Positions 17,680 to 28,615 of a DNA stretch of 64,000 nt are shown here, in pieces. Made by a program: the position numbers and the translations under genes. A model generated the notes under the pieces. It was not told where the DNA came from and made no database searches. It saw only the letters and a program-made list of their open reading frames with translations. Positions within the stretch are counted from its first letter, which is position 1; the number at the start of each line of letters is the position of its first letter. The stretch is from Alphaproteobacteria bacterium (GTDB lineage: Bacteria > Pseudomonadota > Alphaproteobacteria > CAAHEQ01 > UBA3637). The stretch is from the NCBI GenBank assembly GCA_015062385.1, contig SUUT01000002.1:72229-136228 (forward strand), read 5' to 3'.

Positions 17680-20600
17680 ATGTCAGATACACCCGTAATG
17701 AAAATGTTAGATGCTAATGAAGCAGCCGCTTTTGTTGCCCATAAATTAAATGAAGTTTCCATTATTTATCCGATTACGCCTTCATCGCCGATGGGCGAAT
17801 GGTCTGATACTTGGTCAACGGCCGGTGTGAAAAATATATGGGGTAAAGTTCCGCAAGTGTTGGAAATGCAATCCGAAGCCGGTGCTATTGGAGCCGTCCA
17901 CGGATCATTACAGGCCGGTTCAATTACTACAACTTATACGGCTTCGCAGGGGTTGTTATTGATGATTCCGAATATGTTTAAAATTGCCGGAGAATTAACC
18001 CCGTTTGTTATGCATGTGGCCGCCCGTACCATTGCAGGGCATGCATTATCTATTTTTGGTGACCATTCAGATGTGATGGCTTGTCGGCAAACAGGGTTTG
18101 CTATGATTGCCTCAAATTCCGTGCAGGAAGCACAAGATATTGCAGTTGTTGCACAAATGTCTACATTCTTATCCCGTATTCCGTTTATTCACTTTTTTGA
18201 CGGGTTTAGAACATCTCATGAAATCAATAAAATTATTCCGATTTCCGATTCGGAATTAAAAACATTAATGACTGATATTCCGACAGATTTTACCGTTAAA
18301 AACGCATTAAAACCCGAAAATCCGAAAATTCGGGGAACGGCTCAAAATCCGGATGTTTTCTTTCAAATTAAAGAGGCTGCTAATAAATATTATAATGCTT
18401 GTCCGTCCTATGTAGAACAGGCTATGCGTCAATTTGAAGCAATAACAGGCAGAGCTTATCATTTAATTGAATACAAGGGTGTTGCTGATGCCGAACATGT
18501 TGTTGTTGCAATCGGTTCAAGTGTTGAAACATTGGAACAAACGGCAGAAGCCTTAAATGCAATGGGTGGTAAATATGGTGTTATTGGGGTTCGATTATAT
18601 CGTCCGTTCCCGAAAGAAGCCTTTATCAATGCTTTGCCGAAAACAGTTAAATATATTTCTGTATTAGATAGAACAAAAGAATCCGGTTCAGTCGGAGAAC
18701 CGTTATATTTAGATGTTGTTTCCACATTGGCCGAAGGAGTTGCAAACGGAACAGTTGCAACAATGCCAAAAATTTTAGGTGGTCGGTATGGATTATCTTC
18801 AAAAGAATTTACGCCGGCTATGGCAAAAGCCGTTTTTGAAAATACACAAAAAGCACATTTTACCGTTGGTATTGATGATGATGTGACGAACTTATCCTTA
18901 TCATATGATTCTGCTTTTGACATTGAAGGAAAAGATGTTTCTCGTTGTGTCTTTATCGGTTTGGGGTCAGACGGAACAGTCGGAGCTAATAAGAACTCTA
19001 TTAAAATTATTGCTGACGGGGAAGATTATTTCGGACAGGCTTATTTTGTGTATGATTCCAAAAAATCAGGTGGAATGACAACATCGCACTTGCGTTTTTC
19101 CAAAAAGCCGATTAAAGCACCATATTTGATTAATCAGGCTGATTTTGTGGCGTGTCATCATATGCCGTTTTTATTTAAAACGGATGTATTATCTTTTGCC
19201 AATAAAAATGCCGTCTTTTTAATTAATTCAACGGAACCGGCCGATAAAGTATGGGATAGTTTGCCGATAGAGGTGCAACAAGAAATTGTTGATAAAAATA
19301 TTAAATTGTATGCGATTGATGCTGTTGATGTGGCTCAAAAAACAGGTATGGGACGGCGAATTAACACCATTATGCAAACTTGTTTCTTTGCCATTTCAGG
19401 GGTTTTGCCTCGGGAAGAAGCTATTGCAAAAATTAAAAAAGCCATTGAAAAAACATATGCCCGTAAAGGACAGGATGTTGTAGATGCGAACATCAAAGCC
19501 GTTGATGCCTCATTAGCTCATTTGCATGAAATTAAAGTCGGAGCTGTTAATTCCGTTCATAAACGGCAAGCCGGTGTACCCTCAACGGCACCGGAATTGA
19601 TTCAAAAAGTAACAGGTAAAATTATTGAAGGTCGGGGCGAACAATTACCGGTCAGTGCTCTTGAATGGACAGCAGACGGTACATGGCCGACTGATACGGC
19701 AAAATATGAAAAACGCCGAATTGCAACAGCCATTCCGGAATGGGATCCAAGTGTTTGTATTCAATGTGGTAAATGTGTTTCCGTTTGTCCGCATGCAGCT
19801 ATTCGGGCAAAAGCCTTTAAAGAAGATGCATTAAAAAATGCTCCTGAAAACTTTAAATATACAGATTACAAGGGTAAAGAATTTGCCGGCGAGAAATTTG
19901 TATTGCAAGTTGCTCCGGAAGATTGTACCGGTTGTACGTTATGTACACAAGCATGTCCGGTTAAAAATAAACTCAATCCGGATAAAAAAGCCATCAATAT
20001 GGTGCCGATTGAAAGTCATTTGGCTGATGATATTAAAAATTTTGATTTCTTTATGTCATTGCCTGATGTTGACAGAACTAAATTATCGCCGAAACAAATT
20101 AAATCTGTTTCGTTAATGCGACCATTGTTTGAATTTTCGGGAGCTTGTGCCGGTTGTGGTGAAACACCGTATGTTAAAATGATGACACAGTTATTCGGGG
20201 ATAGATTGTTGGTTGCTAATGCAACGGGCTGTTCTTCCATTTATAGTGGAAATTTACCGACAACGCCTTATGCTAAAAACAGTGAAGGCTATGGTCCGGC
20301 TTGGGCAAACTCTTTGTTTGAAGATAATGCTGAATTTGGATTGGGTATGCGGACATCTGTTGATTCTAAAACTGATTTTGCGATGCAATTATTAGGTGAA
20401 ATGAGCATGGAAATTGGCGAAGACATTGTTGCTGAAATTGTTAATGCCGAACAGGAAACTGAATCAGATATTCAAGAACAACGCAAACGGATTCAAGCAT
20501 TAAAAGAACAATTAAAAACCATTGACCATCCCAGAGCCAAAATTTTAATTGAAAATGCTGATTATTTGGTTAAAAAATCGGTTTGGATTTTAGGCGGTGA

Positions 20601-21222
20601 CGGTTGGGCTTATGACATCGGATACGGTGGATTGGATCATGTTTTGTATTCCGGCAAAAATGTTAATATTATGGTAATGGATACGGAAGTTTATTCCAAT
20701 ACGGGTGGACAACGGTCCAAAGCAACGCCGATTGGTGCTTCTGCTAAATTTGCTATGGGTGGAAGTGAATTGCCTCGTAAAGATTTAGGTATGATTGCCA
20801 TGTCTTCGGGCGGTGTTTATGTTGCCAGTATTTCATTAGGGGCAAAAGATATGCATGCGTTGCAGGTTATGAATGAAGCTGAAAGTTTTAACGGTCCTTC
20901 TTTAATTATTGCATACAGTCATTGTATTTCACATGGATACGATATTGGTAAATTTGGTTTAGAACATCAAAAATTAGCCGTTGAAACAGGATTGTGGCCG
21001 TTATATCGGTTTGACCCTAGACGGGTAGAGCAGGGATTAAATCCGTTTCAATTAGACAGTAAGCCGACAAAGCCGGTCGCTGAATTTATGGAAACTGAAA
21101 ATCGCTTTAAAGCCGTTCGTCAAAGCAATCCGAAACATTATGAAGAATTGGTACAAAAAGCACAAGCTCAAATTGACCAACGGTTCAAATTATATGAACG
21201 CTTGGCAAAGGGAGATGAATAA
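17680..21222 (+). CDS. nifJ: Pyruvate:ferredoxin (flavodoxin) oxidoreductase
   Basis: IYPITPSSPMGE, GLGSDGTVGANKNS, two CxxCxxCxxxCP, FSGACAGCGETPY, GGDGWAYDIG. Start moved to ATG 17680, after the AAGGAAG RBS. Confidence 0.97.
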   Translation: MSDTPVMKMLDANEAAAFVAHKLNEVSIIYPITPSSPMGEWSDTWSTAGVKNIWGKVPQVLEMQSEAGAIGAVHGSLQAGSITTTYTASQGLLLMIPNMFKIAGELTPFVMHVAARTIAGHALSIFGDHSDVMACRQTGFAMIASNSVQEAQDIAVVAQMSTFLSRIPFIHFFDGFRTSHEINKIIPISDSELKTLMTDIPTDFTVKNALKPENPKIRGTAQNPDVFFQIKEAANKYYNACPSYVEQAMRQFEAITGRAYHLIEYKGVADAEHVVVAIGSSVETLEQTAEALNAMGGKYGVIGVRLYRPFPKEAFINALPKTVKYISVLDRTKESGSVGEPLYLDVVSTLAEGVANGTVATMPKILGGRYGLSSKEFTPAMAKAVFENTQKAHFTVGIDDDVTNLSLSYDSAFDIEGKDVSRCVFIGLGSDGTVGANKNSIKIIADGEDYFGQAYFVYDSKKSGGMTTSHLRFSKKPIKAPYLINQADFVACHHMPFLFKTDVLSFANKNAVFLINSTEPADKVWDSLPIEVQQEIVDKNIKLYAIDAVDVAQKTGMGRRINTIMQTCFFAISGVLPREEAIAKIKKAIEKTYARKGQDVVDANIKAVDASLAHLHEIKVGAVNSVHKRQAGVPSTAPELIQKVTGKIIEGRGEQLPVSALEWTADGTWPTDTAKYEKRRIATAIPEWDPSVCIQCGKCVSVCPHAAIRAKAFKEDALKNAPENFKYTDYKGKEFAGEKFVLQVAPEDCTGCTLCTQACPVKNKLNPDKKAINMVPIESHLADDIKNFDFFMSLPDVDRTKLSPKQIKSVSLMRPLFEFSGACAGCGETPYVKMMTQLFGDRLLVANATGCSSIYSGNLPTTPYAKNSEGYGPAWANSLFEDNAEFGLGMRTSVDSKTDFAMQLLGEMSMEIGEDIVAEIVNAEQETESDIQEQRKRIQALKEQLKTIDHPRAKILIENADYLVKKSVWILGGDGWAYDIGYGGLDHVLYSGKNVNIMVMDTEVYSNTGGQRSKATPIGASAKFAMGGSELPRKDLGMIAMSSGGVYVASISLGAKDMHALQVMNEAESFNGPSLIIAYSHCISHGYDIGKFGLEHQKLAVETGLWPLYRFDPRRVEQGLNPFQLDSKPTKPVAEFMETENRFKAVRQSNPKHYEELVQKAQAQIDQRFKLYERLAKGDE

Positions 21223-21250
21223 TTTTACAGTGTTTTTAATTGTTTTGAAG

Positions 21251-21279
21251 ATTACCGCCTCTATTTTAGGGGCGGTAAT
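21251..21279 (+). terminator. Terminator hairpin after nifJ
   Basis: ATTACCGCCTCTA-ttt-TAGGGGCGGTAAT. Confidence 0.7.
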
Positions 21280-21391
21280 TGTATGAAAATGATAAAATAA
21301 AAAAAACATCCGAAACGAATCAATTTTTTGAATTTTTATATAAATTTTAAATTGATTCGTTTTTGTTTTATATGGTTTTACTATAAGTTTG

Positions 21392-21552
21392 ACTATAAAA
21401 AAAGGTACGTTAAAACGCAACATTTTTTTCACTTTTTGAGATTTTTTTTTAATTTGAAATAAATTATTATTTTAAAAGGATTTTAGTTTATTTTTATAAA
21501 TCAACGTGTTTTGCAAAAAGCATCTGCAAAAAAAGATACCTTTTTTTATACT
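21392..21552. promoter_or_regulatory. Putative invertible promoter, copy 2, pointing away from the autotransporter (OFF)
   Basis: Perfect 14-bp IR TATAAAAAAAGGTA (21394-21407) / TACCTTTTTTTATA (21537-21550). Interior homologous to copy 1 (127 bp, 21409-21535). Inversion gives TTGCGT-17-TATACT on the + strand. Confidence 0.8.
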
Positions 21553-21701
21553 GTCTTTTGTTAAATGAGTACAGAAGCATAAGATGTTATGTTTGAAAAA
21601 CCAAAAGGGCGGGAGTAGTATGAAAATAAAAAAAATAACACATTGAAAATAAATATTTTTTTCAGCATATTAAAATATGTCATAAAAATGCAAAATAATG
21701 G

Positions 21702-21730
21702 TTGACATTTTAAATAGGATTTAATAGGCT
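21702..21730 (+). promoter_or_regulatory. Additional sigma70-like promoter for the autotransporter
   Basis: TTGACA (21702-21707), 17 bp, TAGGCT (21725-21730). Confidence 0.5.
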
Positions 21731-21794
21731 GAAAGAAGCTTCTTCTATGAAGTGAGGAACTTATGATTAATTTTTTAACTAGAGTGAGGTATTT

Positions 21795-24245
21795 ATGAGG
21801 TATTCAAATACAGCAATTACAGAACTTTCAAAAAAATATCGTACAATTTTGAAAAAATGTGCCATTTTAAATGCAGTTGCATTATTGGCTTTATCCACAC
21901 CGGCTATGGCAGCTCAATATGGTATTGCCGTGACAGAAAGTAGAGTATACACAGAATCTGCTTTTACAGGTGATGATGTTGGTATTTATTCGGGTAGTGG
22001 TGCAACTGGTACATTTACAGCCGAAGATATTACTGTTACAGACAGTTTAAGAGGGATTCTTGCAAAAGGAACAGAATCAAAAATTGTTATTGGTAGTGCA
22101 AGTGATTATACCAATAGTTTAACCATTTCTAATAACAATACAGAATCCGGAATTCATGATCGAGGTATTCGTGCCGAAAATGGTGGAACAGTTGAAGTTT
22201 ATACGGATAATTTAACAATTACCGGTACAGATACCTCTTATGCATTACATGCAAGAGGTGGGGACGATTCTTTAACAACAAAAATTGTAGTGAATGCTAA
22301 AAATGTAGATATTACAAGCAAAGATTCTCCAGCAGTTAATGCAAATAATACAGGAATCAGACCGGAAGAAACTTATGCAACAACACAAGTTGATATTGTA
22401 GCAGATAATATTAATATTTCTTCTGATACAACGGCAGTTTCTGCTATGAGCCAAGGAATTGTTAATATTACGGGTAACACAGTTTTAAATGCTGAAAACG
22501 CTATTTTAGGTCGTGGTGATGCACAAATTAACATTAACACAACCGACTTGACTAAAACGTTGGTAATGAATGGTAATATTGATTTTGATTATGATAAAAA
22601 AACATCAGACTCTGCTATTAATGCTTTCATTAATGTTAATTTGAATGGTACTTCTTCTTCATGGACGGGAAATACTGTTAAAAGTTGGGGTGATGATGAA
22701 CCAGAAGATCCTAATAAGTTAATTGTTTCTGATGCAACAGTTACACTTAATGACGGGGCAACTTGGAATGCAACAAAAATTACAGCAACTGATACAATGA
22801 AACAAACCGCATTAAACTACTTAATTGTTAAAAAAGGTACAATTAATGTTGCAGACGGGGCCACTGCTTTGGTTGGCGATTTAACGGTAACGGACTTAAC
22901 GTTAAATGGTATGGTTGAAGCTGATACAGCTACATTTGAATCCGGTTCAAAATTAACAACTGCTTTGGATGATACTGTTAAAATTAAAGCTAAAAAAGTT
23001 ACAATTGGTGATGGTTCCACATTGAACTTAATCATTGATGGTGCCGTTGAAGAAAAATCATATAACTTTATTGATTCCGCAGATATTACAGGAGCCTTTA
23101 CAATTGCTGATAACGGTTTATATTCTTTCACACAAGATGAAACTGGTACTATTACGGCAAGTCAGAAAAATGCTGATGAAATTGCAGCAGATACAGGGGC
23201 TTCTGCTCAGGAAACAAGTGCTTTATTAGCAATGATTAATGCGGATGGATCAAGTACGGAACAAGGTAATGCATTAGCTTCTGCTTTGTCAACGGCAATG
23301 CAATCCGGTGATGCAGCAGTTGCTGTTCAGGCTGCAAAAGAAGCTGCTCCGACAACAGCACAAGTTGTGACAGGTTTAACCAAAGAAACTGCCAATACAA
23401 TTGCACAAGTTTCTACGACTCGTTTAGATTCTATTAAAGGAACAAGCGGTGGTGATACGGTAACAGGGGCCGGTTTGTGGGTTCAAGGATTATATAACCA
23501 TACAAAACAAAGCACAACATCTTCATCTGATGGATTCAAAGCAAATTCACGTGGTTTGGCTGTTGGTGCCGATGCAGAATTATCCGAAACAACAACGTTA
23601 GGTTTGGGGTATGGTTATATGGAAACAGATGCTGATACTACCGGTCGTGATATTACAGTTGATAGTCATAATGTTTTTGTTTACGGAGAATATCAACCGT
23701 CTGAATGGTATGTTAATGCTGTTTTAAATTATGGGTTCTCTAAATACAAGGAAGATAAGGCTCCATTGGGTGTTGCATTAAAGAGCAAGTATGATGTTAA
23801 ATCATATGGAGCAAGCATTATGACCGGTTATGATTTTGATAACGGTATTACACCGGAAGCAGGCTTGCGTTATTTGATTGTTGATGCTGAATCATACAAT
23901 GATGGTGCACAAGACATTAATTCTAAAAAGAATGATATCTTAACAGCCGTTGCCGGTGTTAAATATACAGCTAATGTCAAAGCTGACAAAGCAATTTTAA
24001 AACCGACTGTTCGTTTAGCCGCAACATACGACATTGTTTCTGATAGTGATGAAGCAAGTGTTCAAGTTTTGGGTGGTGGTAATTATACCATTAACGGACA
24101 GCGTTTACATCGCTTTGGTGTAGAAGCCGGAGCAGGTGTGACAGCAACTGTTAACAACTGGGATTTCACATTAGAATATAACGGTGCTTTCAGAGAAGAT
24201 TATCGCTCACAAGGGGGTATCGTCAGAGCAAGATACAATTTCTAA
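21795..24245 (+). CDS. Autotransporter (type Va) with beta-helical passenger
   Basis: Extended signal peptide; Thr/Asn/Gly-rich passenger; C-terminal barrel starting LWVQGLYNH and ending GIVRARYNF. Confidence 0.92.
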   Translation: MRYSNTAITELSKKYRTILKKCAILNAVALLALSTPAMAAQYGIAVTESRVYTESAFTGDDVGIYSGSGATGTFTAEDITVTDSLRGILAKGTESKIVIGSASDYTNSLTISNNNTESGIHDRGIRAENGGTVEVYTDNLTITGTDTSYALHARGGDDSLTTKIVVNAKNVDITSKDSPAVNANNTGIRPEETYATTQVDIVADNINISSDTTAVSAMSQGIVNITGNTVLNAENAILGRGDAQININTTDLTKTLVMNGNIDFDYDKKTSDSAINAFINVNLNGTSSSWTGNTVKSWGDDEPEDPNKLIVSDATVTLNDGATWNATKITATDTMKQTALNYLIVKKGTINVADGATALVGDLTVTDLTLNGMVEADTATFESGSKLTTALDDTVKIKAKKVTIGDGSTLNLIIDGAVEEKSYNFIDSADITGAFTIADNGLYSFTQDETGTITASQKNADEIAADTGASAQETSALLAMINADGSSTEQGNALASALSTAMQSGDAAVAVQAAKEAAPTTAQVVTGLTKETANTIAQVSTTRLDSIKGTSGGDTVTGAGLWVQGLYNHTKQSTTSSSDGFKANSRGLAVGADAELSETTTLGLGYGYMETDADTTGRDITVDSHNVFVYGEYQPSEWYVNAVLNYGFSKYKEDKAPLGVALKSKYDVKSYGASIMTGYDFDNGITPEAGLRYLIVDAESYNDGAQDINSKKNDILTAVAGVKYTANVKADKAILKPTVRLAATYDIVSDSDEASVQVLGGGNYTINGQRLHRFGVEAGAGVTATVNNWDFTLEYNGAFREDYRSQGGIVRARYNF

Positions 24246-24267
24246 TTGTGTAATTTAATTGGCTAAA

Positions 24268-24305
24268 AAAACCGAGTTGTCAATTTTTATTGAGAACTCG
24301 GTTTT
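24268..24305 (+). terminator. Terminator hairpin after the autotransporter
   Basis: AAAACCGAGTT...AACTCGGTTTT. Confidence 0.7.
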
Positions 24306-24635
24306 CATATTGATTTAGTACAGATAACCCTCATTTTAATTGAGATTGAGTTATTCTGAGGTTAATGTTAAATAGTAGGGTATGGAATGACATGGGAATA
24401 CTTATTTTAGAATGCTATTAATCTGATAAACGCTGTTTAAAAACATGTCATTTAAAAACAATAAGTTTTAACGTTAAAGAGTAATAATATCCCATATAAC
24501 AGAGAAAACGGATTTTTTTGACAAAGTTAAAGTCTTTGCCTAATTTTTTACTATATTTTTTTGTTTTATTGAAAAAAAATATTTGACAATAAGCTGTTTT
24601 TATATTATAATAAAAAAATATAAAGGGGATATATT

Positions 24636-25580
24636 ATGTATCGATATGATTCAAATAATCAAACAAAAATACCTGATTTAACAGATACTGAAAGTATTGT
24701 TAAAGGATTAGAAAAAGCTGTTTCGGATTATAAAGAAGCAGTTGAGCATGAGCATAAAAAATTCTTAAAATATGATCAAGAGGGTTTAGGAATTGGTCCG
24801 ACTAATACACCCCTACCAACATCAAAAACACCGACAAAGGAAGATGTTTTTAAAGATGTAGTGGTTCATTTTCATCAAAAAGAGGGCTTGGATGCTATTG
24901 ATGAACTACTGTCTTCTCGTAAAATCGAAACGGTTTCTAACTCAAATGGTTTTTGGACTAAAAGCGGAGTCTATTTAATTGTTGATGAAAAAATAACTTA
25001 CAACACGAAAGGGATAGATGTTTCTTTAATTACCCAAGGACGTGTTCATAATAAAGACGGCATTAATCCTTATACTGTCTTAGGACCGGATGCAAATGGC
25101 ATTGGTGCCTCTGTTTATAAGACACTTGCCAGTGGTATAAATAATAATCAATATGACAGCCAAACGACAACGGCTCTCAATGTTTCCTGCGGAAATTACG
25201 GGGTAACGATGGGAGAATGGTATCAATTTGGACCAAGATTAAGTCAAGAAACACAAAAGGGAGTAAAATTTCAATACGGGGATGAAGACGAAGCAAGAGC
25301 TTTAACAATAGGAAACGGTCTTATGGCAGAATATCGTCAAAAAGCAACCAGTGCTTCAAATTTTATATGGACAGCTTCACATAGTCATAGAGTTTTAACA
25401 ATGATGATAGGTGTTGATGCACGAGTATCTGATTATAAATTAGGTGCTGTTGTCGGTATTAATTCTAAAGGGAAAGGTAGTGTTTCGGCCGTTTTGAGAA
25501 ATAATTCAACGGAAGTATCCGCCAGCCTGGATACAGAGGGACATTATGAAGTGAGAGCTGGTTTTTTAATGACTTACTAA
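24636..25580 (+). CDS. Hypothetical protein with beta-strand-rich C-terminal half
   Basis: 314-aa ORF with RBS and upstream TTGACA/TATAAT-like boxes; alternating hydrophobic strands ending ...YEVRAGFLMTY. Confidence 0.75.
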   Translation: MYRYDSNNQTKIPDLTDTESIVKGLEKAVSDYKEAVEHEHKKFLKYDQEGLGIGPTNTPLPTSKTPTKEDVFKDVVVHFHQKEGLDAIDELLSSRKIETVSNSNGFWTKSGVYLIVDEKITYNTKGIDVSLITQGRVHNKDGINPYTVLGPDANGIGASVYKTLASGINNNQYDSQTTTALNVSCGNYGVTMGEWYQFGPRLSQETQKGVKFQYGDEDEARALTIGNGLMAEYRQKATSASNFIWTASHSHRVLTMMIGVDARVSDYKLGAVVGINSKGKGSVSAVLRNNSTEVSASLDTEGHYEVRAGFLMTY

Positions 25581-26170
25581 AATTTTTTTATACTGTTTTT
25601 CTTAAAGATTCAATATATTTTAATCCGGAAAATTTTTTCTATACTTGGCAATTTTTATACTTTTTGTTCTGTTATTGATAATACAGTTTTAAATGCTGAA
25701 AAGGGAAACCGTTAACATTGACTTTATCAGATTGATAAATTACTCAACTTTCTTTTAAAGTGGCATATGCATTTTTTAACTCATCAATATTCAAATCTTT
25801 TCTGTTTATTTAAAGCCTTTCTTTTTTTACGATAATATAAGAAAAATAGAAACTTAACTTAAATTTTTATTGAATTTTCTTCCAAAAATTACTTGCTACT
25901 ATTTTTATTTCTTGATCCAATTCATATCTATTAGAGGAACTATTCATTATTATAAATTCTAAACGGATCAGAAACCAATTAATTACGGATAAGTAAAAGG
26001 TAACAATGTCCAACAAATCCATTCGGATAAAATGGTATAAAAGTCTTATAGATAGAGTAGGGGTTAAATGTCTTCTACGGGCAAAGTGACGTGCAACTGT
26101 GATAGGAAGCAGAAAATCGGGAAAAACAAGCAATAAAAAATCCCCTATAACCAAAAGGTTAAGGGGATAA

Positions 26171-26260
26171 TGGCGGATGGGGTGAGATTCGAACTCACGG
26201 TGGAGTTACCCCCACGCCGGTTTTCAAGACCGGAGCCTTAAACCACTCGACCACCCATCC
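26171..26260 (-). tRNA. tRNA-Ser(UGA)
   Basis: GGATGGGTGGTCGAGTGG...CCGGT-CTTGAAA-ACCGG, long variable arm, GTTCGAATC, ends CCA. Confidence 0.96.
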
Positions 26261-26369
26261 ACTGGTTTTTTTAGGCTGAAATCTTTATGACATAAAAAAA
26301 ATAAAAAATCAAGTGCTTTTTTTAAAAAAATGTATTATAGTTATTAAAAATGTTTATGAAAGGGAGATT

Positions 26370-27608
26370 ATGAAACGCTTATTTAAATTTGAGTTTTGTT
26401 TTATATTCATTGTTTTCAGTATGTTGTTTTTCTCTATTAATGTAATTGCTGAAAATTTAAAAGATAAAAAAATATCTGCTGAAAATGTGGCTTTTGAAAA
26501 ATGGAAAATAGATTTTAAACGTATTGCATTGAAAAACGGATTAAAATCAACATTTCTTGATTCTGTGTTGCCTCAACTAGATTATTTACCAAAAGTTATT
26601 CAATCCGATAAAAAACAAAGCGAATTTTTACTAACTTTTTGGGATTATACCGACAGAACAATTACGACAAAACGTATCCAAACAGGGAAAAATTTATCAA
26701 AACTCCATGCCGACTTGTTAACAAAAACTGCTGAAAAATATGGTGTTCATCCGCAAGTTTTGATGGCTTTTTGGGGAATGGAAACAAATTACGGAACATA
26801 TAAAGGAAATATTGATACATTGGATGCTTTGGCAACCTTGGCTTTTGATAAAAGGCGTCGCTCTTTTTTTACCAATGAATTAATTACATTGCTAAAATTA
26901 ATTCAATCAGGTGAAAAAACAACTTTTAAAGGATCTTGGGCTGGTGCTTTCGGTAATTTTCAATTTATGCCGACAACTTATTACTATTATGCCGTTGATG
27001 GAGATGGAGATGGTCAGAAAGATATTATAAATTCTTTGCCGGATGCTTTTGAATCAGCGGCCAATTATTTATCAAAAATGGGCTGGAATGTTAATCAGCC
27101 TTGGGGAACAGAAGTTATTCTTACAAAAAAATTAAACTGGAAAAAAATACCGGAAAATATGAGATTATCCCTTGAAAATTGGGAACAAATGGGTGTTTTG
27201 CCGGCTTGTGATAAAAAATGGGCTTCCGATATTAATAAATCTTTAATGGCTCGTCTTGTTTTGCCAAATGGTATAGGTGGTCCTGCATTTTTAACTTTTA
27301 AAAACTATGATTTGATAATGAGGTGGAATAATTCGGCAATGTATGCCTTATCGGTTGGTATTTTATCAGATAAAATAAAGTATGATATGGCCCCATTGTG
27401 TACAAAACGCAATAAACAACAGATATCACGTTCAGATATTAAATACATACAAGAAAAGTTAAAACAAAAAGGATTGTATACTTTGGAAATTGATGGTATT
27501 CTTGGCAAGCAAACCCGTAAAGCAATAAAAAAATATCAAAAATCGGTTGGTATGGATGAAGATGGGTATCCCTCATTTAAATTACTTAATAAGATGAAAG
27601 AAAAATAA
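26370..27608 (+). CDS. Lytic murein transglycosylase (MltB/SltB family) with C-terminal PG-binding domain
   Basis: WGMETNYG, GSWAGAFGNFQFMPT, DGDGDG, ANYL; start at ATG 26370 after GGGAG. Confidence 0.92.
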   Translation: MKRLFKFEFCFIFIVFSMLFFSINVIAENLKDKKISAENVAFEKWKIDFKRIALKNGLKSTFLDSVLPQLDYLPKVIQSDKKQSEFLLTFWDYTDRTITTKRIQTGKNLSKLHADLLTKTAEKYGVHPQVLMAFWGMETNYGTYKGNIDTLDALATLAFDKRRRSFFTNELITLLKLIQSGEKTTFKGSWAGAFGNFQFMPTTYYYYAVDGDGDGQKDIINSLPDAFESAANYLSKMGWNVNQPWGTEVILTKKLNWKKIPENMRLSLENWEQMGVLPACDKKWASDINKSLMARLVLPNGIGGPAFLTFKNYDLIMRWNNSAMYALSVGILSDKIKYDMAPLCTKRNKQQISRSDIKYIQEKLKQKGLYTLEIDGILGKQTRKAIKKYQKSVGMDEDGYPSFKLLNKMKEK

Positions 27609-27611
27609 AAT

Positions 27612-28601
27612 ATGTATTTGAAAAAAATATTATGTTTATCCTGTGCTTTTTGTCTTTTCGGATGTTCCGATAATGGTTTTTTATTTCGGTCTGTCGGCAG
27701 TTATAATCAATCAAAATCTGTCGGAACTTATCTTGTAGGGGCTCCATATGAGATAAATGGTGTTGTTTACACGCCCAAAGAAGATTATGATTATTTTGAT
27801 AGTGGAGATGCATTTTGGTATAGTGAAGATAAAAATCATCCGTTAACGGCAAACGGTGAAATATATGATAAAAATAAAATGACGGCAATGCATAAAACAT
27901 TGCCTTTACCGTCCATTGTGAAAATTACAAACTTAAATAATCAGATGTCTGCCTTTGTTCGGGTAAATGATCGAGGTCCTTTTGATAATAATCGCATTAT
28001 GGATGTTTCGGAAGCAACAGCCCGTTATTTGAATTTTTCAAAAACAAAGGTAACACCGATTCAGATTGAAATAATGGTTTTGGAAAGTCAAAAATTAAAA
28101 GAACAATTAAATAAAACACATTTTAATCGAATCCTTTCGCTTACTGATACTTCTCAAAAAGAAACTTCAACAAAAATAACACAAGGCGAAACCATTTTGG
28201 ATTCTGATAAAATTTTATATCCGGGTTTAAAACAGGAAAAGATTGAAAATTTAAAATTAAAACAGATGGATAAAGATGCTTCTTCATTTAAAACATTATT
28301 GAATAAACAAACGTTATCTGATACGCTTATTCAACCCGAGAAGAATGCGGTATTATATGCCGGTTCCGGTAAAGAAGGGTATTATGTTCAAATCGGTGCG
28401 TTTTCAAAAGAGAAATCTGTTCATAAAATCCGCCAAAAATTAAAAGCATACGATAATTTAAAAGTAAAAGATAAGTATAAGAACGGGCAATTATTGCACT
28501 ATGTGCGAATCGGACCGCTTGAAACACAAAATAAGGCATTAAAGATACTTGACAAAATCCATAATGAAGGGTATGCTGATGCAACGATTATTTTTGAATA
28601 G
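27612..28601 (+). CDS. rlpA: Septal ring lytic transglycosylase RlpA with SPOR domain
   Basis: Lipobox LFGC; TANGE, TAMHKTLPLPS, VNDRGPF; C-terminal YYVQIGAF SPOR. Confidence 0.93.
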   Translation: MYLKKILCLSCAFCLFGCSDNGFLFRSVGSYNQSKSVGTYLVGAPYEINGVVYTPKEDYDYFDSGDAFWYSEDKNHPLTANGEIYDKNKMTAMHKTLPLPSIVKITNLNNQMSAFVRVNDRGPFDNNRIMDVSEATARYLNFSKTKVTPIQIEIMVLESQKLKEQLNKTHFNRILSLTDTSQKETSTKITQGETILDSDKILYPGLKQEKIENLKLKQMDKDASSFKTLLNKQTLSDTLIQPEKNAVLYAGSGKEGYYVQIGAFSKEKSVHKIRQKLKAYDNLKVKDKYKNGQLLHYVRIGPLETQNKALKILDKIHNEGYADATIIFE

Positions 28602-28615
28602 AAAAGGACGAAAAA

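Noticed and set aside
25867-26154. 95-aa ORF beside tRNA-Ser
   Set aside because: No recognisable motif or RBS; probably spurious or decayed.
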